A stretch of 64,000 nt of DNA, from NCBI GenBank assembly GCA_963729215.1, contig CAVSND010000019.1, positions 199,801 to 263,800 of the forward strand, given 5' to 3'. Source of the stretch: an uncultured Acidobacteriota bacterium. Its GTDB lineage: Bacteria; Acidobacteriota; Vicinamibacteria; Vicinamibacterales; CAVVIG01. Below, piece by piece: positions 47,903-56,869 of the stretch (positions are counted from its first letter, which is position 1; every line of letters begins with the position of its first letter). The notes beneath the pieces are model-generated. The model was not told the DNA's origin and made no database searches. It saw nothing but the letters and a program-made list of their open reading frames with translations. Made by a program: the position numbers and the translations under genes.

Positions 47903-49782
47903 ATGACCGGGAGACGACTGCAGGTTCGCGGGACGCTCGAGAGCGACTACAAGGATGTGCTCACGCCGGAGGCGATCGCGGCGCTCGAGGCGCTGGCCGG
48001 CCTCGATGCCGATCGCAAGGCGGTCATGGCCGCAAGAATCGAGCGCAGGGCGGCCCGGGCCCGGGACCGGAAGCGCATCACGTATCTCGATCCCCAGTCC
48101 TATATTCCGCGCACCCGCATCAAGGTCCAGGAGGCCAGGGACGGCGCGTTCGCGGGCAGCGCCATCCCGGCGGACCTGCGGCGCCAGTGGATTCAGGGGA
48201 CGGGTCCCGCCGCCAAGCCCAACGCGAGCGTGGAGGCCGGCATTCGCAATGTCGCGCACGCCTTGTTATCCGGCGCCGACGGCTGGATGTTCGACGGAGA
48301 GGACGCGCTCGGCCAGGTGTCGACGATGTCGCTCGACAACCAGCGGAACCTGAAGCTCGCGATCCGCCGCGACCCCGTGTTCCTGACCGCCGCCGAACAG
48401 GTCGCCGGCGAGATGAACGCATGGGCACGGCAGTTCTTCGGGCGGCCGACGATCGACGACTGGCGCGCGCAGCTCGACTTCACCACGAAGCTGTTCCGGC
48501 CGCGCGGGCTTCACCTCGACGATCGGCACGTGCGCCACACGAGCGGCGCGGGCTTCTCTGCCTCCATCGTCGATACCACCCTCTACATCGTCAACAACCA
48601 TCAGCAGCTCGCGCGGTCGAATGCGTCGCTGGCGTCTGTACCTGCCGAAGATTCAAACGGCCGAAGAGGCCGCGCTCTGGAATGACATCCTGTCGGCGAT
48701 TGAAGGACACGTGGGGCTCGCCGCCGGCGCCATCAAGGTCTACGTTCTCGTCGAGCAGCTGGAAGCGTGCTTTCAGCTGATGGAAATCCGCGCGGCGCTC
48801 GGCGCCCATTTCATCGGCTTCAACACCGGCCGCTGGGATTACATCAACAGCGTGGCCGACGCGATGGCCTGGGATCCGTCATTCGTCAATGCCAACATCG
48901 ATGCCATCACGATGACGTACGGCTACATGCGGAACTACGAGGACCGCGTGCGCCGCGCCGTCAACACGCCCGACAAGCTCGGCCAGTTCGCGCTCTGGCA
49001 GGGAGGGATGGAGCCGAACATCCCGGTCGGTTCGTCGAGCGGCGTGGAAGCCGGCATGAAACGGGCGGTGGCCGGCGGCGAGCGCGAGCAGCGTGAAGGC
49101 GCGAGCGGCAAGTGGGTCGCGCACTGGAAGATGGTGCACATCGTCCGACCCGTGTGGGAGAAAGCCGGCCAGGACAATCAGCTCGGCCGGAAGTTCCCGA
49201 CGCTCACCTACACGCAGGCGGACGCGGACGGGCTCACCATGCTCGAACCCGCACCCCGCACCGTGCGCGGCGCCCGCGACCTCCTGAGCGTCGCGCTTCA
49301 GTACCGGCAACGCGTTCGGCCAGGGGCTGCAGGCCGCGGCGCTCAAGCCGGCCGACTTCTTCGGCAATGACGATGTGCTGTATTTGATGGAAGACATGGC
49401 CACGGGGGAAATCCGGCTGAGCATTCTCTGGGAGTGGCTCCATAAGGGCGCGTCGTTGACGGAAGACGACCCGTCCGGCGTGAAGGCGGGGGAGCGGTTC
49501 ACGCCAGAGCTCTTCAAGCGATTGCTCCAGGAGGAATACGAGAAACTGCGCAAAGCGAGCAATCGCGACGTGTTCGATGTGTCCAAGAACACGACACTGC
49601 CGATCGCGCACGCCATCGTCGAAGCCTATGTGGCCGACAGCGTCAAGCTGCCGTGGTACATCGACCTGCTCAACATCACCCTCGGGAATCACGATCTCGG
49701 CGAGGCGCGCAAGAGAATAGCCCGGCTGTCCGATGCGTTTCGAAAGGATGGCACGAGGATCACGGAGAACCTGGACTGGTAG
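47903..49782 (+). CDS. Malate synthase family enzyme (two frame changes as assembled)
   Basis: ATG 47903 is preceded by AGAGAGG. Motifs spread over ORFs 47759..48685, 48621..49370 and 49375..49782: FRPRGLHLDDRHV, LYLPKIQTAEEAALWNDI, IKVYVLVEQLEACFQLMEI, FNTGRWDYINS, LWQGGMEPN, GKWVAHW, LYLMEDMATGEIRLSILWEW. Changes lie at ~48625-48640 and ~49305-49310. Confidence 0.8.
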
Positions 49783-50867
49783 CGCCTCCTTCTCAGACGC
49801 GTGTCGCGATTCAGATCCTGTTCGGCGTCCTCGCCGTGGCCGCGGGGCTCTGGGTGCTGTATCGGCTCGCGTACGTCCTCCTCGTCCTGGTGCTGTCCAC
49901 GCTGTTCGCGTACGTGATTGCGCCGCTCGTACGCGTGGTGTGCCGGCCCATAGGAATCGCCGGCAGGGAACGCGCGCTGCCGCGGGGATTTGCGATTGCG
50001 CTCGTTTACGGGCTCATCGCGGCGGGGGTCTGGGCGGGCGGCGTGCTCGTGCTGCCGAGCGTGTCCGAACAGGTCGAAGATGTCGTCGCCAGCGCGCCCG
50101 GCTACACCCAGTCGATCGTCACCCGGGAGCGCGGCCTTACCCGGTACTATCAGCGGCTGAAGATGCCAGTCGAGTTGCGAAACACGATCGACCGGGCAGC
50201 CGTCGAATCGGTTGACGCGGTCACGGCATCGGCCCGCGGAGCGTTGTTGTCGCTGGTCGGCGCGCTCACGTACGCGCCGCTGCTCGTGTTGATTCCGATT
50301 CTCGCGTTTCTGCTCCTCAAGGATGCGCCCAGCCTGCTGCCGCGCCTCCTCGACGTCCTGCCGCACAGCCGGCGGGAGCGGGGCCTCCGGCTGATCGAGG
50401 ATCTGAACGCCACACTGGCCGCGTATATTCGCGCCCAGCTCGTCGCGTGCGCGCTCGTCGGGACAATCTGCGGCGTCGGATTCGCGTTGCTCGGCGTTCC
50501 TTATGCTCTCTTGCTCGGTGTTCTGGCCGGCGTCCTGGAGTTCATCCCGCTCGTCGGCCCGTTCGCGCTGGCCGTCGTGGCGAGTGTCACTGCGGCGCTC
50601 CATGGACCCGGACTGGTCCTCTGGGTCGTGGTGGGCCTGGCCGCGTTCCGCATGGTTCACGACTATGTAATTTACCCGCGACTCGTGGGCCAGACGCTCG
50701 ACCTTCATCCATTCGGCGTGGTCGTGGCGGTGCTGGCGGGCGCCGAGCTGGGCGGTGTGGCGGGGCTGTTTCTGGCCGTTCCCGTGGCGGCGATGTTGTC
50801 TGTCATCGTTCGTCACTGGCTGTTGTGGAATGGCGATCACGGCAGCGCCGAACCGCAAGTAAGATAG
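49653..50867 (+). CDS. AI-2E (PerM/YhhT) family transporter
   Basis: Multi-TM ORF with family-typical ...LGVLAGVLEFIPLVGPFALAVV... The start is uncertain: ATG 49653 would overlap malate synthase by 130 nt, so an internal start near 49785-49835 is more likely. Confidence 0.75.
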   Translation: MVHRPAQHHPRESRSRRGAQENSPAVRCVSKGWHEDHGEPGLVAPPSQTRVAIQILFGVLAVAAGLWVLYRLAYVLLVLVLSTLFAYVIAPLVRVVCRPIGIAGRERALPRGFAIALVYGLIAAGVWAGGVLVLPSVSEQVEDVVASAPGYTQSIVTRERGLTRYYQRLKMPVELRNTIDRAAVESVDAVTASARGALLSLVGALTYAPLLVLIPILAFLLLKDAPSLLPRLLDVLPHSRRERGLRLIEDLNATLAAYIRAQLVACALVGTICGVGFALLGVPYALLLGVLAGVLEFIPLVGPFALAVVASVTAALHGPGLVLWVVVGLAAFRMVHDYVIYPRLVGQTLDLHPFGVVVAVLAGAELGGVAGLFLAVPVAAMLSVIVRHWLLWNGDHGSAEPQVR

Positions 50868-50975
50868 CCCGACCTTGCGGGGAAGGCGGCCCGCGTTCAG
50901 ACGAATGGCTCCCTCACGGCGGACTTGTTTTCAGGAACTCTATGATTCTCCGCCGTTTGCCAATGGGCACAAGGA

Positions 50976-51335
50976 TTGCGTTCGGCGAGGCTTAAGGTGG
51001 CTGAGCGAGTGCGTTCGTCGTTCTCGTTGACACTCCCCGGATCGCAGAGCCGGGCGTTCTGGTCGCTGCTGCTGTTTGTGGCGGTCCAGCTCGCCGATGG
51101 CGCGCTGACCTACATGGGCATCCTGCGGTTCGGCCCCGCGATCGAAGCGAACCCGCTCCTGTCGTTCTGCGCCGCCGTCTTCGGCGCGAGCTCAGCCCTG
51201 GTGGTCGCCAAGTCGGTGGCCATCATCGGGGGCGCCACCCTCCACGTGTTCTCCCAGCATTTCGTCCTCGCCGCGTTGACCGTTGCCTGCGTCTTCGGGG
51301 CGATCGTGCCGTGGGCGATGGTTCTCAGCTGGTAG
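50976..51335 (+). CDS. Small membrane protein, DUF5658-like
   Basis: 119 aa with 3-4 hydrophobic segments. Motif LQLADGALTYMGILRFGPAIEANPLL resembles DUF5658 proteins. The assignment is from memory of that pattern. Confidence 0.55.
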   Translation: MRSARLKVAERVRSSFSLTLPGSQSRAFWSLLLFVAVQLADGALTYMGILRFGPAIEANPLLSFCAAVFGASSALVVAKSVAIIGGATLHVFSQHFVLAALTVACVFGAIVPWAMVLSW

Positions 51336-51365
51336 CCTGCAGACGTCATCTGGACGGCATTCCTA

Positions 51366-51440
51366 CGTAGTGCAAACCTTCAGGTTTGCCTTGGCTTCCT
51401 GTTCGTCCAGAACTCGGCAGGCCTGAAGGCCTGCACTACG
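51366..51440. repeat. REP-like double-hairpin element, variant D
   Basis: Closing stem CGTAGTGC (51366-51373) / GCACTACG (51433-51440). Hairpins GCAAACC-TTCA-GGTTTGC (51372-51389) and GCAGGCC-TGAA-GGCCTGC (51417-51434). It sits in a convergent spacer. Confidence 0.85.
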
Positions 51441-51453
51441 CGCCAATGCCTGC

Positions 51454-52127
51454 CTAGAACCGATACCGCGCGGCCGCGCCGAAGCGGCCGACGTTCTGGT
51501 CCTTGTCCCGGTCTCCCATCACCCTGATCAGCCGCAGGTCGGCGTCGATCCACAGATGCTCCGTGGCCTTGATGCCGACACCACCACCCAATGTCAACGC
51601 GAGGCCGACCGTCGATGACGTCACCCGCTGCGTGAGGGTTTGAGTGCCCAGAACCAGCGGTCCGCCGGCGAATGCCCCGCCGATCGTGGGAAACGTGTAC
51701 TGGAGGTCTGCCGTCTGCTGCACGTTGGCGACGCCGCCGCCTGCCACGAAAAACGGTTCGAGCCTCGCGTCGTCGTCGGGACGGCCACGCGAACGTTATT
51801 GGAGAAGATCACCGCGCGACCCGTCCCGTTGGTGAAGGTCGGGACGGGAATCGGCAGGCCGATGATCGAAGACGATGCCGGCAGGGACGGAATAATGGAG
51901 CCGGAGAGTTGTGGCTCGAGCGACGGGGCGTATGTGAGCTCGAGCTCGAGGCTCACGACGTTGGTGAAGCGATAGTCGAAAGCTCCGGTATAGGCGACCG
52001 TTGTGTGCGAATCCATATTGATCGCCGAGACGTTCCCGGAGACGCTCGCGCCCGGCGCTTGAGCTCGAGCGCCGGACGGTACGCACAGAACCGTAATCGC
52101 GCACGCGACGAGGATTTTTGGCGTCAT
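51454..52127 (-). CDS. Small outer-membrane beta-barrel protein (one frame change as assembled)
   Basis: Signal peptide ILVACAITVLCVPSGARAQ. ORF 51621..52127 continues as ...VPTTTR/LEPFFVAGGGVANVQQ in ORF 51454..51747, with the change at ~51763-51768. It ends ...GRFGAAARYRF (C-terminal Phe). Confidence 0.6.
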
Positions 52128-52231
52128 CCTCTGAGGGTAGCCGAGATGAGGTGCGCGGGCCAGTCACTGTGCAGCGCTGTGCACGCTCGGGGACTGGCGA
52201 CCTGGCAAGAGCCGCTGAACGCGAGTGGCGT

Positions 52232-53319
52232 TCAGTGTTTGTAAACGAACTTCTGCAGACGGTTGCCGCGCGATTCGGCGGTGTACAGGTTGCCCTTCGA
52301 ATCCGTCGCCAGGCTGTGGAGCCAGTGCCATTGCCCCGCGTAGGGACCGCCGCGGCCGAACGATCCCACGACCTCGAGCGTCTGCCGGTCCAGGATCCTC
52401 ACCTTGTCGTTCGAGCCGTCCGGCACGAAGAGGTACTCTGGGCTTTGTCGGGCGAAAACGCGACCGCGAACGCCGTGCCCCGGCTGTCGAGCGTGCCGCG
52501 CGCGATGAAGCCTTCCTTCACGAACGACCCGTCGAGTGTGAAGACCTGGATCCGGTTGTTCACGCGGTCCGACACGTAGACGAAGTCGTCCGTCGAGATC
52601 GCGACGCCGTGGACGATGTTGAATTGTTCGGGGCCGCGTGGCCCGGTGGGGACCCGGTCGCGCGTGTAGGTGTCGTCTGGCTTGTTGCCGTACGCGCCCC
52701 ACATCCGCTTGAACGCGCCCGTCTCCGAGTCGAACACGATCACGCGGCGATTCTGGTAGCCGTCGGCGACGAACACTTCCTTTCGCTTGTCGTGGACCCA
52801 GATCTGCGCGGGGCGGTTCAGGTTTTCGGTATCCAGGCTGCCCTTGCTCTTCTTCGCGTGGCCGATCTGCATGAGGAACTTGCCGTCGTGCGTGAACTTG
52901 AGGATCTGGTTGTCGCTGTTGGTGGTGTTCCCGCCCAGCCAGACGTTGCCCTGGCCGTCCACGAAGATGCCGTGCTCGTTGTCCGGCCACTCGTATCCGG
53001 CGCCCGGCCCGCCCCACGTCTGGACCAGGGTACCCGCCGCGTCGAATTCCAGGATGGGCGGCGCGGGGATGCAGCATTCGGAGGTCGGCGGCTTGAGCGA
53101 CGCGCCAATCTGATCCGGCGTCAGCGTGCGCGGCCTCGACGCGACCCAGATGTGATCCGTCGCGTCGACGAACACGGCCCCGAGCTCGCCCATGTAGTAG
53201 TTGTTCGGCAGCGGTTTGGGCCAGAACGGGTCGACTTCGAATCGGGGCACGTCGGCGGACGCCGCGTGAATCACGGCGCCGGCGGCCAGCAGGCAGATCA
53301 GCGGCTTAGACCACGACAT
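52232..53319 (-). CDS. Secreted NHL-repeat beta-propeller protein (one frame change as assembled)
   Basis: ATG 53319 (MSWSKPLICLLAAGAVIHAASA). NHL-like blades (HGIFVDGQGNVWL, VFVADGYQNRRVIVF, HGVAISTDDFVYVSDRVNNRIQVF, HSLATDSKGNLYTAESRGNRLQKF). ORF 52399..53349 joins the C-terminal part of ORF 52232..53077 at ~52436-52446. Confidence 0.75.
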
Positions 53320-53355
53320 GGGCGACAGTCTAGATCCACTCATCCACACCTGCCT

Positions 53356-53501
53356 ATCACGAAGTCACGAGGCCGTGAACTGTCGAACGTTAACGTAAAA
53401 CGTAAAACGTAAAACGTGAACGAAGAATTTCTGAGTATTTCGTCGTTTTGCGTTTTACGTTCAGGGCGGCGTTTTTCGGCCCCTGCTCGTGTCTTCGTGA
53501 T
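53356..53501. repeat. Nested palindrome: ATCACGAAGTCACGAGG...CTCGTGTCTTCGTGAT arms enclosing GTAAAAC heptamer inverted repeats (long version)
   Basis: The outer arms 53356-53372 and 53486-53501 are identical to those at 28606..28658. Inner GTAAAAC x3 (53395-53415) plus GTGAACG faces cgttttgcgttttacgttcag (53444-53464). It lies in the divergent spacer between two NHL genes. Confidence 0.85.
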
Positions 53502-53550
53502 GTACAGGAGCGACGATTCTGGTATAGAGTCCAGCCGTTCGGAGGTTCGC

Positions 53551-54597
53551 ATGAGACGGTATCTGACCTGCCATGTCTTCGTCTTCCTGCTGTGCGCGGT
53601 GCCTGTCTTCGCGCAGGCCAAGGCCAAAGCGCAGAACGTGCCAGAAATTCCCTACGAGTCCGTGCCGAACTTCCTGAAGCTGCCTCCCAACCTGTATCTC
53701 GGCGAGGCGATCGGCGTGGCCACCAATTCCAAGGGACACGTGTTCGTCTACACGCGCAGCGCGAACACGCGGCTCTTCGAGTTCGACCAGGCCGGCACCT
53801 TCGTCCGCGAGATCGGCGAAGGGAACTACGGCTTCGAATTCGCGCACGCCGTCCGCGTCGATCCCCAGGACAACATCTGGGTCGTGGACGAAGGGACGAA
53901 CATGGTCATCAAGTTCAACCCGGAGGGCCGCGTCGTGATGGTCCTCGGCCGTCGCCCCGAGGCGGTGGCCGGCGTGCTCGCGACGCAAGGAGGCCCGGCG
54001 CCGCCCGCCGAGAAGTACCTGCTGGGCCGCCCGACCGATGTCGCGTGGGACCCGCAAGGCAACATCTTCGTCTCGGACGGCTACGTCAACCATCGCGTCG
54101 TGAAGTACAGCAAGGACGGCCGCTTCATCCGGCAGGTCGGCAGCGAGCGGGCCGGGGCGGAGCCGAGCCAGTTCAACACGCCGCACGGCATCGCCGTGGA
54201 CGCGCAGGGCAACGTCTACGTCTCCGACCGCGCCAACAACCGCATGCAGGTCTTCGACAACAACCTCGTGCTCAGGGCGATTTACGACAACATCGGCGTG
54301 TCGTGGACCGTGTGCATCTCGCCCGGTCCGCATCAGTACCTGTTCAGCTCGAACTCCAATCCCAACGGCAACGCCCCGGGCACGTGGGACAACACCGGCG
54401 AGATCTACAAGATGGAGCTGGACGGCACGATCCTCGGCCGCTTTGGCCACGCGGGCAAGCAGCTCGGGGGCTTTCAGGTCGTGCACGCCATCGACTGCCG
54501 CAACCCGAACGAAATCATCGTCGCGGAGATCGAGTCGTGGCGGGTCCAGAAGCTGATGCTGAAACCGCAGGCGGTGGCCGCGTCGGCCGGACGATAG
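53551..54597 (+). CDS. Secreted NHL-repeat beta-propeller protein
   Basis: ATG 53551 is preceded by GGAGG. Signal peptide VFVFLLCAVPVFAQA. Blades: GVATNSKGHVFVY, VRVDPQDNIWVVDEGTNMVIKF, VAWDPQGNIFVSDGYVNHRVVKY, HGIAVDAQGNVYVSDRANNRMQVF. The upstream part of ORF 53416.. lies in the repeat and is not coding. Confidence 0.8.
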   Translation: MRRYLTCHVFVFLLCAVPVFAQAKAKAQNVPEIPYESVPNFLKLPPNLYLGEAIGVATNSKGHVFVYTRSANTRLFEFDQAGTFVREIGEGNYGFEFAHAVRVDPQDNIWVVDEGTNMVIKFNPEGRVVMVLGRRPEAVAGVLATQGGPAPPAEKYLLGRPTDVAWDPQGNIFVSDGYVNHRVVKYSKDGRFIRQVGSERAGAEPSQFNTPHGIAVDAQGNVYVSDRANNRMQVFDNNLVLRAIYDNIGVSWTVCISPGPHQYLFSSNSNPNGNAPGTWDNTGEIYKMELDGTILGRFGHAGKQLGGFQVVHAIDCRNPNEIIVAEIESWRVQKLMLKPQAVAASAGR

Positions 54598-54609
54598 GAG
54601 GAGTGGCCC

Positions 54610-55752
54610 ATGACAGCACAAAGACGACAGGCGCTGACGCTGGCTGTTGCCGCTCTTCTCGCGACGGCTCCCGCCGTCGCGCAGTTCGCGGTCCCGGAAA
54701 TTCGCTTCGAGTCGGTCGAGCCGCTGAAATTTCCCGAGAACATCCACCTTGGCGAAGCCGCCGGCGTGGCCACCAACTCCAAGGGCGATCTGTTCGTGTA
54801 CACGCGCACCGGCCACCCGACCGTTTCGATCGGCACCGCGCGGCCATTCGCGCACGGCGGCTCGCGGGTGTTTCAATTCGACCGGTCGGGCAAGTTCGTG
54901 CGGGAGATCGGAAAGGACTCCTACGGCTTGATGTTTGCGCAGCAGGTGCGCGTCGATCCGCAGGACAACCTGTGGGTCGTCGATCAGATGTCGAGCATGG
55001 TCATGAAGTTCGACACCAGCGGACAGGTCCAGCTGCTGCTCGGCCGGAAGGCGGAGTCCGAACGCGTTCCAGCGGCGCCTCCTGCGGCCCCACCGGCAGC
55101 GGCGGAAGGGCGCGGCGGCGCGGGTCGTGGCGCCGCGCCGGCTGACGCCGAGGCACCGGCGGCGGGGCGCGGCCGGGGCGGGCTTCCGGGCGCAGGCGCG
55201 CAGAGCGATCTCTTTCAGGGTCCCAGCGACGTCGCGTGGGATGCCGCCGGCAACATCTACGTCGCCGACGGCTTCGGGAACGCCCGGATCGCCAAGTTCG
55301 ACAAGAACGGGAAGTTCGTCAAGTCCTGGGGATCGCGCGGCGCAGCGCCCGGCCAGTTCAACACACCGCGGGGGATTGCGATCGACGCGCAAGGCCTCGT
55401 CTACGTCGCCGACAGCGGCAACCGGCGCATCCAGGTGTTCGACGCCGACGGCAATTTCAAGACGGCGTTCCTGAACGTCGGCACGCCCGCGGCCCTCTGC
55501 ATAACGTCCCTGACGCCGGGACCACGCCAGTATCTGTACAGTTCGAACTCCAACCCGCCGACGGACATTGACGTGGACGGGGAAATCTACAAACTGGATC
55601 TCAATGGCAAGCTCGTGGGCCGCTTCGGAAAAGCCGGCAAGCTGCCGAAGGAGTTCGGGACGGTCAACGCGATCGACTGCCGCAGCGAGAACGAGCTCTA
55701 CGTCGGGGAGACCGGCAACTGGAGAGTGCAGAAGATCACCCTGCACCCCTAG
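54610..55752 (+). CDS. Secreted NHL-repeat beta-propeller protein (paralogue of 53551..54597)
   Basis: 380 aa with a signal peptide. Collinear with the previous gene (GVATNSKGDLFVY, VRVDPQDNLWVVDQMSSMVMKF, VAWDAAGNIYVADGFGNARIAKF, RGIAIDAQGLVYVADSGNRRIQVF) and carries an Ala/Gly/Arg-rich insert. Confidence 0.8.
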   Translation: MTAQRRQALTLAVAALLATAPAVAQFAVPEIRFESVEPLKFPENIHLGEAAGVATNSKGDLFVYTRTGHPTVSIGTARPFAHGGSRVFQFDRSGKFVREIGKDSYGLMFAQQVRVDPQDNLWVVDQMSSMVMKFDTSGQVQLLLGRKAESERVPAAPPAAPPAAAEGRGGAGRGAAPADAEAPAAGRGRGGLPGAGAQSDLFQGPSDVAWDAAGNIYVADGFGNARIAKFDKNGKFVKSWGSRGAAPGQFNTPRGIAIDAQGLVYVADSGNRRIQVFDADGNFKTAFLNVGTPAALCITSLTPGPRQYLYSSNSNPPTDIDVDGEIYKLDLNGKLVGRFGKAGKLPKEFGTVNAIDCRSENELYVGETGNWRVQKITLHP

Positions 55753-55765
55753 AAGAAAGTCGGAA

Positions 55766-55823
55766 GTTCAAAGTACAAAGCACAAAGGGGAAGGTAGTGC
55801 AGGCCTTCAGGCCTGTCGTGCAC
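55766..55823 (+). repeat. Heptamer tract GTTCAAA GTACAAA GCACAAA followed by a single REP-type hairpin
   Basis: Heptamers lie at 55766-55786. Hairpin GCAGGCC-TTCA-GGCCTGT is at 55799-55816, preceded by GTAGT as in the REP closing stem. Confidence 0.75.
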
Positions 55824-55833
55824 AGGGGACGCG

Positions 55834-56868
55834 ATGAAATTGGTGGTCCTCGCCGCGGGAATGCTCACGGCCGCCGTCGCGGCGACGGCTCCGTACGCGC
55901 CGCCGCGCACGCCCTGGGGCGATCCGGATCTGCAGGGCAACTACACGAACAAATACGAAGCGAACACGCCGCTCGAACGCCCGGCGGCATTTGCCGGGAA
56001 GTCGCCCCGTGACGTCACGGCCGCCGAGATGGCCATCCTGCGGGAGCAGCGGCAGAAGCAGTTCAGCGAACGGCCGGCGGCGGTTGGTCCGATGCAGTTC
56101 CGCGATCCGCTCGACGTGACGCGGGGAAGCCGTCCGTGGTTCCTGATCGATCCACCCGATGGGCGGATTCCGCCGAGAACCGATGCGGCGCGCCGGCGCC
56201 TCGACGCCTATAACGCCGCCTACGATGCGCCCTACGAGGCAACTCTCGACACCACGCTCGGCGGCGTCTTCAACTCGAGACAGCGGGTCGGCGGCAGCTT
56301 CGGAGAGGGCCCGTTCGACACGATTGAGGATTTCGGTCTCTGGGACCGCTGCATCACCCGCGGAATTCCCGGATCGATGCTGCCCCACATCCTGGGCAAC
56401 TCGTATCAATTCGTACAGTCGCCCGGCATCGTCGCCATCCGGTACGAACTGGTCCACGACACCCGCGTGATCCCTCTGGACGGCCGGCCGTACGTCGGCA
56501 AGGGCATTGCCCTCGAACTGGGCGACGCGCGCGGCCATTGGGACAAGGACACGCTCGTCGTCGAAACCAGGCGTTTCAAGGATCGCAGCACCTACCGGAA
56601 TGCGAACGCCGAAACGCTCCGGCTCGTCGAGCGCTTCACGCGGACATCGCCGACACAGCTCGAGTGGTCCGTCACCGTTGACGACCCCGCGACCTGGACG
56701 AAGCCGTGGACGTTTTCCATGCCCCTGACGATGAACGATGGGGAGGCGGTGCTGGAGTTCGCGTGCCACGAGGGCAACTACGCGGTTCCCCATATCCTGA
56801 GCGCCGCCAGGGCAGAGGAGCGTGGCCACGTGGACGCTGCCCCCGGACCCGGAGTAAATTCGAAGTGA
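55834..56868 (+). CDS. DRC...CHEGNY family, paralogue 6
   Basis: 344 aa with a signal peptide. Motifs: TPWGDPDLQGNYTN, DPPDGRIP, GLWDRCITRGIPGSM, YELVHDTRVIPLDGRPY, GDARGHWDKDTLVVETRRF, ERFTR, LEFACHEGNY. Confidence 0.85.
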   Translation: MKLVVLAAGMLTAAVAATAPYAPPRTPWGDPDLQGNYTNKYEANTPLERPAAFAGKSPRDVTAAEMAILREQRQKQFSERPAAVGPMQFRDPLDVTRGSRPWFLIDPPDGRIPPRTDAARRRLDAYNAAYDAPYEATLDTTLGGVFNSRQRVGGSFGEGPFDTIEDFGLWDRCITRGIPGSMLPHILGNSYQFVQSPGIVAIRYELVHDTRVIPLDGRPYVGKGIALELGDARGHWDKDTLVVETRRFKDRSTYRNANAETLRLVERFTRTSPTQLEWSVTVDDPATWTKPWTFSMPLTMNDGEAVLEFACHEGNYAVPHILSAARAEERGHVDAAPGPGVNSK

Positions 56869-56869
56869 C

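Noticed and set aside
52215-52235. Hairpin CTGAACGC-GAGTG-GCGTTCAG at the stop of the NHL gene as an intrinsic terminator
   Set aside because: It overlaps the stop codon, and on the gene's strand it is not followed by a U-tract. The T-rich run lies on the wrong strand. I kept it only as a weak structural note.
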